Positions 25,336-37,309 of a stretch of 64,000 bases of DNA are shown here, piece by piece (the first letter of the stretch is position 1; every line of letters starts with the position of its first letter). A program made the position numbers and the translations under genes. The notes under the pieces are model-generated. The model did no database searches, was not told where the DNA came from, and was given only the letters and a program-made list of their open reading frames with translations. Source of the stretch: the human T2T-CHM13v2.0 reference genome, Homo sapiens; assembly GCF_009914755.1 (NCBI RefSeq), contig NC_060939.1; one strand, 5' to 3'.

Positions 25336-25779
25336 TCATTCTTGTTTTCAAAAAAGGAAAAGGCAATTGTGCATATTCAGAGGCATCTATGCAATAATAA
25401 CAGGAAAAGACTGGAGTGGGGATGGATGGGGGTGAGCTGAGGTGGTAAATTTATTTTCTCTTGAACAATACACTTCTATATGGAAGAAAGGAAGAAAGAA
25501 ACCAGCAGGCCTGGGAAGATGCATTTTGACAAGTCTCTTCCCGGGTAACTCTGATGATCAGCCAGGTATGGGAATCAAACCTCTGGCCTCAAGTTTACAC
25601 ACATTTCCTTCTGGCTCTAACATTATTCCATGTCAGTTGTCTTCATCTTTCCCTCTTTGACCAACTTTATCTCCAACCCAATAAGACATCCAAGTCCATA
25701 TGACAGAAAAGTCTTAAAAACCCTTCCAGCACCCAATCCTCCCGGCAAGGAAGGACTGAAACCAGGGGGAAAAACCACA

Positions 25780-26170
25780 TATTTTAATGTTCAAATGCTT
25801 CAAATAGATTAAGCATTTGGTTTTACTTGGATTATTATTTTTTCTACAAATATAAACCATTTTGCATTTTGGAATCCTTCTGCAAACAGAGCAGTTTGTC
25901 TTTGTGTTTGCTCATTTAAAAACAAATATTTGCCTGCCAAGCAAATACTGTCTCTTAGGATGTGCTATTAATAGGATAATTAGGCAGCCGGTAATGAAAA
26001 GGATTGCTGGTAATTATGGCAAGATTTGTTTTGGCATTTGAAGGCAGCGATGGAGGCTGGAGTGCTAAAATCTACCTTAGAGTTAATTAGTACAATTAGA
26101 ACACACCTGAAAAAATAGCCCAGCTAATGAACACTTCACTTTACTTTTAAAGTGACAGCACTCGGAGCTT
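25780..26170. promoter_or_regulatory. Candidate developmental enhancer / conserved non-coding element
   Basis: Repeat-free block with clustered TAATTA/TAATGA/CAATTA homeodomain cores and TGACAG (MEIS/TGIF-type). Based on motif content only. Confidence 0.4.
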
Positions 26171-26329
26171 CCCAGGCTGCTTGGGCAGTCCCAGCCCTAG
26201 CATTTCTAATGTGACAGAGAGTCACAAACAAGGCAGAGAACTTGAATTTGCCTAACCTTCGTTTTCAAAAGCACTCATTCTCTGTAAGCCCTTTCCTCTT
26301 TCCCCTCCCCACCACCCCTACCCATCCCA

Positions 26330-26500
26330 CCTGTTTGAAAGCAATTTCTCTTGTATGTTCTCCTTGGAACCTCATGATAACCCTTCAAGATGGATAAGCA
26401 AGGTTTAGTTCTTTTCCCATTTTTCAGATAAGAAAATTGAGGACCAGAGATGCCCGGGGATTGCCCAAGGGCACAGATGAAGAGGTCATAGATGAGGTCA
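26330..26500 (-). mobile_element. MIR SINE
   Basis: CCCATTTTTCAGATAAGAAAATTGAGGACCAGAGA...TTGCCCAAGGGCACAG. Confidence 0.75.
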
Positions 26501-26933
26501 GCAGTCGCAGTCTAGGCTTAGAAAAGTTGGAGAACGATTGAGAGAAAAGCAGCTTTCTGATTCGTGTAGGGGTCCCTGTGTCTGCAAGAAATGCTGGGCT
26601 TGCCGAGTCACTCCATAAAGCAGGTCTTCAGGGCCCACCAACCTGCGGCCCTGCTTGACTTCATTGGTGGTAACAAGATCTGGGCTTGAAATAACTAAAA
26701 TCATCCAGCTTGGAAAACATTCTCAAACTTAGCCTTTTTTCTCTCTTCTCTGTTAGGCTTCTCCTTTCTGCGGCTTATCCTCAGGAAGGTTTTCCACTAT
26801 GAGCAGGCACTGGCTGGGCATGCTGGGCATTGATGGACCAAAGCACACGTGTGATATTCCTGCCAGTATGCATGTGGCGGCATGAATGCTTGGGGGATGT
26901 GTGTGTTTGCATGCATGGGGACTTGAGTAGGAG

Positions 26934-26935
<2 letters not shown>

Positions 26936-26975
<40 letters not shown>
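26936..26975. repeat. (CA)n microsatellite, about 20 units
   Basis: Uninterrupted AC run. Confidence 0.97.
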
Positions 26976-26976
<1 letters not shown>

Positions 26977-27699
26977 AGGGGGAAGAGCATTAGAGGAATG
27001 AAGAGAGGGAGGAAAAAGGCAGTCAATCTAAGGGAAGCTCTGCAGTGTAAGGCAGGCCATTCAATGTTTCAATTCTTAGTTTCCTCATTTTAAAAATGGG
27101 GATAGAATTGGTATATCCACATCATAGGTTTGTCATTAAGAATACAGTGAGACAAAGTCCACAGCATGCCTGGCCCATCCTCATCCCCATTCCTATCACC
27201 ACAATTATTGTTATTATTGTCATCCTTATGGATGTTGTTATAAAACGTGTTTTCTCCCTGACCCTTTGCATGGCCAACACTTGAGTTATCCTCATTCAGA
27301 CCCGTTCCCTTGTCCCTGCCCCAGGGTTCTTTTCAAGGCACCACCCTGCTCACATCTGCACCAAGAAACTCCCTCTGCCTCCATGACTCCAAACTCCATG
27401 TTTTACAGCTTGGAGGTTCCACTGGGACCCTTGGAAATCACAGAACGTGCACTTTTGTGATAATATATCCAATGTAAGAGAGTGAGTGTGCGTATGTGTA
27501 GGTTGGTGGGATGAGGAAAGGAGGGCTGAAAAATCCAAGGAGACCACACCCCTCCTGGATTCGTGAACCTTGTTCTCTATACAAGGCAAATACTAATACA
27601 CAAGTCAGAAGAAAGGAGGAGACTCAGGCCTGAGATTATTGACTATCTCTTCCTGCACTGAACCCTCAAGAATCTTTGTCCTCAATTGCAAACAACAAT

Positions 27700-27900
27700 A
27701 ACAGCCACCAATGCACCAGATGCCACGCTATGCACTTTCAAACATGGCATTTAATCTTCACAGTAACCCCAGGACACAGGTCTCATCATCTTATTAAGAA
27801 TGAGGAAATTGGGGCCCAGAGAGGTTAGGTAACATGTCCTAGGCCACACATCCAGGATCAAAGCTGAACTGACTGCCCCTAAGCTCAGATTCTTTCCATT
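27700..27900 (-). mobile_element. MIR SINE
   Basis: CATTTAATCTTCACAGTAACCCC...ATGAGGAAATTGGGGCCCAGAGAGGTTAGGTAACATGTCCTAGGCCACACA. Confidence 0.8.
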
Positions 27901-28094
27901 GTCCATGGCTCAAAATCTCCTGCTGAGAACTCAAGGACTTGGGGCCATGACAGGCACATTTTTGGGAATTGTCAAACCTCTTGATCACCCAGTGACCATT
28001 AGCACTAGGAATCACAGGAACAGAACTTGCATTTGTGAAGTGAACTCAAAGAAGAAAACCTCTCACGTAAAAACTGAAATCTATGTCCCCCACA

Positions 28095-28780
28095 GTAGCT
28101 GGATTTGCACTGATTAATTAGAAAATTGCATTTATATAACCCTTTAATCTGTATTTATGTGTTGCTAAGGATGCAGCGAGCTGGGCAGGGAATTACATCC
28201 AGATTAGCCTTGATCCATAAGCAGCCTGGATTGGAGCTGCTTTCTGTACTAAAGGGGAGAATCAAAAGGATTTGGGGCAGGGATCCTCAATGAGGACTCG
28301 CTCTCTCTCCTTCCTTGGATCCAAGGAGTCTGAGGCTTTCCAGAGCCACCTGAGAAATCCTGCCTGGCCTGCTTGGTCAAAACAGGGGGTAAGATTACCC
28401 AAAGAGCTAATTTCCAGCTGAGTGTGGCACTTGGTTTCCTAAACAAAATTGGTTTTATTCTCCTCAACATGTGTTCAGCAAGATTAAAGATCCATCAACT
28501 GCACAGCTTAATATGAGCTATACTGGAAGCAGCCCATGTTCTCCTGGAGTAGGGGTGGAAAAGAGGGAGGGGGCAGAGCCTGAAATCCTGTTTATTGAAT
28601 CAGAAAGACCATTAATGGATAGAGGATATTGGAGAAGGGATGGCAATGCTTTGTCATATTTCAGGGAAAGAGATTTGATCACACACACACACACAAAAAA
28701 CACACACAATGTTTTAAAGTATTTCCATTTCCATTGTCATTTTTTTTTTCCTTCTTTTTAAGTTGGATTAACAGATGGGC
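28095..28780. promoter_or_regulatory. Candidate enhancer rich in GATTA/TAATC (K50 homeodomain) motifs
   Basis: Repeat-free block; GATTA/TAATC at ~28112, 28145, 28202, 28393, 28482 and 28766, plus ATTTGCAC-TGATTAATTA. Confidence 0.35.
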
Positions 28781-29219
28781 ATGGTTGGGGGAGATGTTGC
28801 TGGGAGTGTCAGTTCCATTCTTCAGCATGAAAGGCGGTTTGACTCTGGGGCCATGTGGGTGTGGGACTCAATGAACAATGCTCGGTCCAGGCTGCCAGAT
28901 GGGGCAAGTGGGGCCAAGTTGAGCCTGGAGGTGAAGGAGGGAGTGAGACAACATAGTTGGAGTTTGACTCAGGGCAGGGAGACACTTGCTATTCCCATCG
29001 TTGTCAGGAAGTTCAATTTCATTGAGTCTAGTGTGACTGAAAGTTGTTGACCTTGGCCAGTCTGTTGCCCTACCTGGCCTCTCCTACATGAGTTATAATG
29101 GAGTAGACTGAATGACTGATGAAGCTTTTTCCAGCTCTAATATTCTGCTCTTACGAGCATCTCTATGGATGTCAGAGCAAATCAAAGCAGCATTTTCCAA
29201 ACCTCTCTAATACTACCTA

Positions 29220-29500
29220 GCAGTGGTACAGCATTGTGGCTTAAAAGTGTGGGTTCCACAGTCAGCCTGCTGGGGTGAAATCCAGCCTGGCTCTACTGTT
29301 TATGGGTCCTATGGCCTTGGACAAGCTCTTTAACCTTTTTTTGTTGGTTAAAGAGGGCTTGTTGCCCTCCTCTGTAATATTGCAGTGACAGCAACAGCAC
29401 CTATATTACAGAGCTGATGTGAGAACTAGATGAGTGAATATGTGCAAAGCTGCTAGAACAGTCCCTGAGGACCAGCAGGTATTTCATAATGATAACTCGA
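29220..29500 (+). mobile_element. MIR SINE, near full length
   Basis: GTACAGCATTGTGGCTTAAAAGTGTGGG...GGCCTTGGACAAGCTCTTTAACC...GTGAGAACTAGATGAGTGAATATGTGCAAAGC. Confidence 0.8.
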
Positions 29501-30734
29501 ATTATATTCACCCTTCCTCCTGCAAACCACAGCACCCTCGCCACCAGGTATGACTCATCTGGGACTCAGAACACATACCTTGGACAGCTCCTGAGTTGTC
29601 CTTCAACCTGACACGTATATGGGCCATGCTCCTGTAGCACACACCAGGCTCTTACAAAGGAGGTGGGTGAGCCATTGTCAGCCTCTATTTCATAAGCTGC
29701 ATCTCAGTTTCTTCGTGGGATAGATAGACCTCACTCCCTCTGGTCTGGTCCTAGATGTAAACAAAAAACAAATGTCTTCCGACACTCAGCATTCTCATTC
29801 ACATTTATACTCTCCCTTACCTTGGATATTTTGCCAAGAAAGTGCACATTCTCTGATTTCCAAGGGGTCCAGTGTCACCTCCAAACTGTAAAATAACCTG
29901 CACTTTCATGGAGGCAGAGTGTCTTGGGGCAGATGTGAGCAGGGCAGAGTTTCGAAAAGAGCCCCAAGGCAGGGGCAGGGAATGGGTCTCTGCTCCACCT
30001 GACTTTCCTTGCTGAGCCTCCCTGCCCCCATCTGTGAAATCAGGGCATGACATTCAATTGCTCCATCCCTCCATGTGTTCAGGGGGACACGGGTCCTAAA
30101 AATGCTGTCAGAGGAAAAAAATGGCCAAAAAAATTGGGAAATGTGGCTGCTACATCCCCTTATTGATAACAAGCAAAATATTGAATGCGCTGAGAGGACC
30201 TGCAGTTTAAAAACAAAATTACTGAGTTTCACTTTAGCCTGGGGTTTCTAGGACTGTCTACCAGTAGAGTCCTCCCTTCATGTAACCTCTCATTGGCCTC
30301 CTATGGAATTGGATGGCAATCTCTCATCACTTCCAGTTCCAACAGACTGTGTCTCCTCCCCCAGGAAACAATAAATAAACTTGCAAGATTCCGTCATCTC
30401 AAGAAGAAGTAGTTCAGTGTCCTCATTTCTTGGCCTGCAGGAGAAAGAAAAGAAGAGAAAACCAGAACCATGTGGCCAGCTTTACACGCTATCAGAAAAG
30501 GAACCCATGACCCCCCGACCCAGGGCAGCAGGGACAGAGGTGAAAGGCTGTCCAAAGAAGATTCAGGAAGCCCAGCATGAGCTGTCTGACATAAATAAAT
30601 AAATCAGGAGGCCACCCTGCAAAGCAGGTTGTATTGCATTATTTGAGCAAGGCTGCTAGACATCTGCACGTTTCTGTTAGCCCCCATCCCTCCTGTTGCC
30701 ATACATTTAAGCTAATCCTATGGGGCCCAGGATC

Positions 30735-30985
30735 ATAAGAATAATCCTCACATCTGTGTGGGCTTTTCAGCTTTCAAAAGCTCATTCACGGAATTATCTC
30801 ATTAGTTCCACTCAATGCCTATGGGAGGGACTCAGGGATGATCATCGCCATTTGGCAGATAAATGCTAAAACCCAGAGAAGGAAAGTGACTTTCTCAAGG
30901 TCACACAGGAAAGCAGTGGAGAATTAAGATAAATGCACCAGGTCTGCTGATCCCCAGCCCGGGACTCTCCCAGGAGAATACTACT
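30735..30985 (-). mobile_element. MIR (MIRc/MIR3-like)
   Basis: ATTATCTCATTAGTTCC...CCATTTGGCAGATAAA...CCCAGAGAAGGAAAGTGACTTTCTCAAGGTCACACAG. Confidence 0.75.
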
Positions 30986-31369
30986 GCCTTACAAAGATAG
31001 CCCTGAGACCCAGATATTTATCCCACAGCCGCCCAGGGCTATGTCTGGTCCCAAAGGAATCAGTTGTTCACCCCATTGCTGCTGTATGGGAATGGAACAT
31101 CATCAAGAAGTGATATTGGAAAGACCACAGGCTTCACAGTTGAATTGTCCAGGCTCAAATCCCAGCTTCCTGGTCATCAAACCTCAGACCATGTGGTGAA
31201 GGCTTGAGGCCCCTGCATTTGTTCCTCACCCCAAAAGGTGGGAATGATAAGTTTGCAGTGAGTGTCACTTGCTTTATCTGCTCTCCATCTCACCTTCTGA
31301 CAATGACTCCCCACCTTCTGGGAACTGTTCTTCCTCCAGCTCCAACCAGGCGGCTCTGAATGAAGCTTC

Positions 31370-31740
31370 CCACCACAGCATCCCTACCTGCCTGACTACA
31401 GGAGCAGGCATGTGGCCCCAGCCAGGCCAATAAGAGGCCTTCCCTGAGATTTCTCTCAAAATGAAATAGCCCCTTCCTTTCTAGGAGTGAAGCTGAGGAG
31501 CTGTGACTCCAGCCTCATGGAGAAAGGTGGCCTGAGAGATCAAAGTTGGCATGCAGAGAAAAGCAGAAGAGAGATGGGGAGAGAGTCCTGGAGGCATCCA
31601 AGGCCTAGGATGCAGTCAGCCCTGGGGCCCTGATGCCCCTGCCCTGTCCATGGGTGGATAACATGAGCCTGTGAATCATCTGGGCAGCCCCTTCTGAGTG
31701 CCTTCCTGCGTACCCAGGCTGTCCTTAATGTATAGCAAAT
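31370..31740 (+). mobile_element. Old ERVL LTR (LTR16/LTR33-type)
   Basis: GGCATGTGGCCCCAGCCAGGCCAATAAGAGGCCTTCCCTGAGATTT...ATGGAGAAAGGTGGCCTGAGA...AGCAGAAGAGAGATGGGGAGAGA. Confidence 0.55.
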
Positions 31741-32614
31741 AGGGATGATCACCCCTGCCACTCACTTTGAGGAGCCCCACCAGCACAAATACCAGGAAAG
31801 CAGGCAGTGGTCCAAGAGGCCCCTTGAATAGGCTCCATATAACAAAAAAAGACCCAGGTCTCCCCAGCCTTCAGAGACTCCTGGAAATTCAGAGCTTATA
31901 GGGGTTCAGCGACTGGAGTCCAGTTGTCTCGTTTGAACATAAGGGTGAGAGAGTCCATTTCATGTTCCCGAATGTTGAACCATAAGAGAACTTACCTAGT
32001 TAGAAAGTCTCAGGCAGCAGGATCCCTGATCCAGGCTCTTGGTCTGGGTGCTGTTTGGGCTGCCTTCCCCTATCTTAGAAGACAAAAAGGAAGAAGATGC
32101 TAGTGGGTACCCTGGACAGTGAGAATGCACCTGGATTCTCTGCTTTTCTCAAAAAGGGTTATGAAGATCAAGCCCAGTTATATACTATGTAGGCATAAAA
32201 GGACCTATCACAGTCTAAATACTGTCTAAAACCAAGACATTATTGTTATGAAATTATGAGCTCCAGATTCCCTTGACACAAAGCCTGACTTTCTCCAGGG
32301 AAATAAGGGAAAGCCAGGTTGTGTGCAGGAATTGGAGGAGAGGTAGTTAGAAAACTGAGCCAAAATCATTTCCCAGTGAATCTTGGCCAGGCAGCCAGCA
32401 ACTGAGCCCCCTGCCTCCCCATGCCCTCTACCTACTTCCCTCTAGTTGCATAAACTTGGGGAATCAGGTGACCAGCCAACCGTCCTGGTTTGTCTGGTGG
32501 GCATGGAACCACCCCTCTGCATGCTCCTTCACAATGCCTGTCATCACATAGTATGTAGGAGAAACAGCTAGGGATCAGGCTCTGGAACAGGAGTGTAGCA
32601 TTTCGTCTTCCTCA

Positions 32615-32660
32615 TAGGGTGGCCAGCCGTCCTGTCTGTCTGGGACTGAGGGCTTCCTGA
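32615..32660. mobile_element. hAT-Blackjack MITE end fragment (MER81/MER94-like); second fragment at ~32466-32497
   Basis: TAGGGTGGCCAGCCGTCCTGTCTGTCTGGGACTGAGGG and AGGTGACCAGCCAACCGTCCTGGTTTGTCTGG. Confidence 0.55.
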
Positions 32661-32919
32661 GTTAATAGGTGCCTGGCAAGACTCACTAGCACCATATCAG
32701 GGGCATCTTCCTTTACACATCTGTCTTATCCTGTACCCCGAGCTACTGTTTTCATTCTTACCCCAGGGCCTGTCATATCCGTAGCTTGACTCAAATACTG
32801 TCGCATCCTGTGCCTCTGTCCATGGTTCTGAACCGTTCTTTATGAGCTGGGGCAAGGCTAATTCTCCTGATGTGAGGTACTCGTTGGTTCATCGAGGCAT
32901 TCATTCAATAAATATCTTT

Positions 32920-33382
32920 ACAATTTAGCTTTGCCTATATAACAAACCACCCCAAAACATAGTGGCTTAAAGTTTTTTAAAATTATCAATTCTTATAATT
33001 ATATGGGTCACCTGGACCATTTTGGTCTGGGCAAATCCTTCTGATCTGTAGTCAGCTGGTGGTTTGGCTGGGGCTGGGTGATCTAGGATGGCCTCACTCA
33101 TATGTCTGGTAATTGATAATCTGTTGATTGGGGCACCTCAGTTATCCTTTATGCAGTCTTTCCATCACATTAGCTCAAGCTAATTTGAATGGTGGACACA
33201 GGGTTCCAAGCCTGCAATAGAAGGCAAGCTCCAATACTCAGGTTCTTCTGATAAGTCTACATCACATTTTCTAATGTTCTGTTGTCCAAAGGAAATTGCA
33301 TGGATAAGCCTAGAGCCAGTGTTGGAGGCACTGGGCACAGGTAGGAGAATGATTGTAGCCATTTTTTATAACAATTTACCAC
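32920..33382 (-). mobile_element. MLT1 (H-like) MaLR solo LTR
   Basis: ATAACAAACCACCCCAAAACATAGTGGCTTAAA...GGCTGGGTGATCTAGGATGGCCTCACTCATATGTCTGG...GCCATTTTTTATAACAATTTACCAC. Confidence 0.8.
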
Positions 33383-33799
33383 TTCTCCAAATCTCCTGCA
33401 TCCCCAAAGCACTATAACACTGCAAATAATGGGATGACCCTCTGTTGAACCTGCAGAGAAATGACTTTACCCCTAGAGCTGTTTTAAACTAAGAGTCCAC
33501 TTGGCTTCTGCCAAAACCACTTTCATAATTGTATCAGGAGCAGTTGAAAGTCTCTTCGAACCCTCCTTCACAACATTCAGAGGCACAATTCGAGATCTTG
33601 CTGAACCACAAAACTAATTTTTTTGCTTCTAAATGAACAAAAACCCTCCTGAATTGTAAGCCTTTTTGACAATCTTCAGTAATAATTTTTTGAGTTGTGC
33701 ACAGCTGGGCAATAAACCCCTAGTTACCTTCCTGGGTGAAGGCAGAAGAGCTCCAGAGTACAGTAGAATTCCCAGGTCCCCAACTCCTCAGAAAAGAGA

Positions 33800-34030
33800 A
33801 TATTTTAGAGAGCATCTCCTAGGAGCCAGAACCTTACATAAATTCTCCTTTAACACTCACAACATCCCTTTTTGACAGTGTTTGTTGTCTCTGTTTTATG
33901 GAGAAAGGAGCTGAGGTTGGGGAGATTAAGTATCTTGGTCAAAGTCACAGAGATGGCAAGTTGCATGGCAAGATTTCAAACTCAAGCATTTGGACCTCAA
34001 AGTCAGAGCTCTTTCCACTATACCTCATCA
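33800..34030 (-). mobile_element. MIR SINE (an opposite-strand MIR fragment follows at ~34050-34200)
   Basis: TTTAACACTCACAACATCCC...GCTGAGGTTGGGGAGATTAAGTATCTTGGTCAAAGTCACAGAG...AGATTTCAAACTCAAG. Confidence 0.75.
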
Positions 34031-34209
34031 TGTCAGAGCTGCAGAGCATCTAGACTTGGGTATGGGGCACAGAGCTTTGATTCTAGCTCTGCCCCCACTT
34101 CTGTAGCACCTCGAGACACTCCCTTGTTCTCTCTAAGCTTCTGTTGTCTCATATGCAATAGGAACATTACATGCACCTAATCCAGGCTCAATCAAGGTGA
34201 ATGCAAACA

Positions 34210-34815
34210 TGTTGCTCCCCGAGCTGTAGAGAGGAAAGACAACTGGTATTTTGGGAGGGTGATTTTGACAGCATCTTTCAAAATTTTGGATGTGTGTGTT
34301 CTTTTATCTGGCAGTTCTACTTCCAGGAATTCATGTTAAAGAAACATATTCACATGTGAGTAAGAATGCATGTAAAAAGATGTTTATTTCAGCATTGTTT
34401 ATAATAGCAAAAAAAATGGAAATAATATAAAGGCCCAAAGAAATTATGCATATCCATGATACAAAATGCTATTTATCATTGAAAAGGATCTACTGATGCA
34501 AAAATGTCCAAGATATATTACTTCAAAATAATAAAGTAGATTTATATATGATGGCACAGGAAGATCACAGGAAAGTATTTTAAGTGAAAAAAATAAATTT
34601 TAAGATGATCAATAAACCTACATATGCTTATTTATGTTTATACGTAGAGAAAAAATCATTTGGAAGGAAACACATCAAACTATTCACAATGGCTTCCTCT
34701 AGCAGCAATAAGAAGATGATGACTTCATTTTTTGTTTGTTTATATTTACTTTCTACATTTCTATATTGTTGAAAATGTTCACAAGTATGTATTCCATTTG
34801 TAATGCAAAGAAAGA
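34210..34815 (+). mobile_element. L1ME-type 3' end
   Basis: GCAGTTCTACTTCCAGGAATT...GATGTTTATTTCAGCATTGTTTATAATAGCAAAAA...GGAAGGAAACACATCAAACTATTCACAATGG. Confidence 0.75.
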
Positions 34816-35668
34816 GCAGAATTCTAGTGCTGTAAGAAACTTTGAAGATCACCACGGCCCAGAGAGAGAAGCCAATTTCTCGCTGTCATGCGGCCGGCCA
34901 TTGGCTATCAGGCTGAAACCCTCTTGATGCCCAGTCCAGGCCGGCTTCAGCATCAGGGCAAGCTCTTTGGAAATCACAGAAGCCACAGAAGGCTGAGGAA
35001 TTGATGATCTAACACAAAGGAAACTGCACCAGTCAGAGAGCAGAGATCAGCATGTGGGCCTGGCTCGGCCACCTACCTGCTGGGCTGGGCTTGAAGCAGG
35101 GGAGAGGCCTTTTCCAGCCCTTGTAGTACCCAAAGGAATGCCACCCTGAGGTCTCAGGTCAGGCCTCTGCTTAGCACGTGACCATCATGCTCCCCAGCAA
35201 GTCCCCCTCATTCCCCTCTGGCCCTGCCTTTACTATCCTCCCTGAGTGCCATGGACACAGCAGATGCACAATACAGGCAGCCTTGAATTCTACCAGGGAG
35301 GCTAGGAATGGCTGGGTGGCCTGTGGTCATGACCTGCCAGCAACTGGGTTGGAAGAGAGGACTTCTGAGCCCTGCAACTGACGCCATAGGGGCATGACTT
35401 TGCATTATCTGGAGCCAGTTTTTCCCTCCAGAAAATGGGCATAAGGGTGACCCATTCAAGCCATCATAAATAATGTACCACTTATAAAGCCAACCTCTCT
35501 AACTGTCCTGGGCTCATGTGACATTTTGTCAAGAGCCCATCATGTCCTCAGTGTGTGTGGGTCCCAGAGGGGCAATCTCACTCCCCTCCCCTTCCAGTCA
35601 CCCCTTACTGTCTCCTCCTAGAGCTGTGACCACCTGGGAAAACAGGACATGAATGCATGAAGCCACGG

Positions 35669-35687
35669 TGAGTCAGCAGATGGCGTG
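35669..35687 (+). promoter_or_regulatory. Overlapping AP-1/ARE (TGAGTCAGCA), E-box (CAGATG) and CTCF-like (TCAGCAGATGGCG) motifs
   Basis: Sequence GGTGAGTCAGCAGATGGCGTG; motif match only. Confidence 0.4.
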
Positions 35688-36129
35688 TCGTTCTGTCTGA
35701 GCATGGCAGGAGGTCAGAGAAGGGAAAGCCCCGAAGATGCCATTATGCAGAGCCCTGGCCTCCACCTCCCAGCAAGAGCTGGACCCAGCCTGCAAGCATG
35801 GCCGGCATGATTTCTGACGAAGCTCCCAACAGATGTGGCTTTCCAGATTCAGGTCTTTGCATTAGGGAAGAGGTGGGGAGGTATGTGAAGCAGTAAACGG
35901 AGATGCCGAAAGTTCTAAGTGCATAAAGTAAATATAAAGTAAATGTATATTTGGGAGAAAAGGTGAAATAGCTCTCTGAGTTTTCCTCTGATATGAAGCC
36001 TTTGCTTGAATCTTTAGACATGGTCTTTGTGTTTCACGTCCCGTGTTCTCAGAAGGACTTGGTGCTGTGTTTCTGTTGACATTCTTGCCCTGCCCCCACG
36101 ATAGGGAGCTGGACAACCCATGTGACCTT

Positions 36130-36290
36130 GTTACACCAAGTAGGGTCTGTGGACCAGCAGCATCGGCATCTCCTGGGACCTTGTCAGAAACAGAGAATCT
36201 CAGACCCCACCCAGACCTACTGAATTTGAATTTGCATTTTTGCAAGGTCTCCAGGTGTTTCCGGCGCACAGTCATACTTGAGAAGCCGCC
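36130..36290. mobile_element. MER5A hAT-Charlie MITE
   Basis: GTGGACCAGCAGCATCGGCATCTCCTGGGACCTTGTCAGAAACAGAGAATCTCAGACCCCACCCAGACCTACTGAATTTGAATTTGCATTTT. Confidence 0.9.
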
Positions 36291-37309
36291 TGGCTCCAGG
36301 ACGCAGGTTTCCCCTGGGGGTGTGCACTCATGCAATGGCAGGCATGTACCCTGACTTTAGGTGGTACAAGAGTGAACATTTACTATTTTCATGGGTTTTA
36401 ACTTCAATGTCCCTTTATAGCAAATGGTGCATCATGTACAGAAATGGTAAGTTGACATAAATGGTGTATTTTAAAAGTGAGTCAATTCAAAGAAAACATT
36501 CCCTGACTAATAGTCTGGGGTGCTGAGAAATGACACCTTCAAAGGTGGGACAAGAATGGCTATTTCCAGAAGTGATGATCCAGTTTAGGCCCCTCAAGGA
36601 GGTAGGAATGAAGGGGCTGCTGCAGAGAGATGGGGGCTTGTCCAAGGCCAACAGTGGGAGTGTGGTGACGGAAGCGGACTGGAACTCAGCCCTGTCCAGG
36701 TCAGCAGCGCCCCTTCCTCCCTCTGCCCTGGTTGCACAGCTCGGCCTGAGGCTGGCTCTGCAGCCAGGGTGACGTCAGGAACTGGGACATCTGCAGGTGA
36801 TACCATGCATATGCACAGAGTGCATGGCTGTTACTACAAACAAAGAGAATGTGTAGTCAGTGGAGCCCAAGGCTGAGCCATTTGGAGATGAACTGTCTCC
36901 CCTCCACCCAGGAACAACAGGGCACCCAACTCTTCATTCATGAATAAACATTGTAAGCTGCTCTGTGCAGGCTGAGAAGCCTAATGTTTTCTAGGTTTTC
37001 TAGATATGTTGGTGAGGTTTTGCAAACAGGAAATCTGAAGTTAGAAAGGAATTGGTCATTTACCTTCCCAGCCATCTCATGGACTTTGCTCAAATCTCTC
37101 AGATGGAGTCATTCACACACACACATACACACACACAAGCAACTTCACGATATGTTTAGGTTTTCTCTAAAGTTTTCTCAGCTGTGTTTGTACTCCCTGA
37201 GGTTTAGGGCTGTCGGTATCTGTTTTTTCACTTCTTCTACAGCACAGAATTGAGTAGTAAATTCTCTAGTCTCCTGTCCCCTTCCCATTGTCTTTTGCCT
37301 AGCTCCTTA

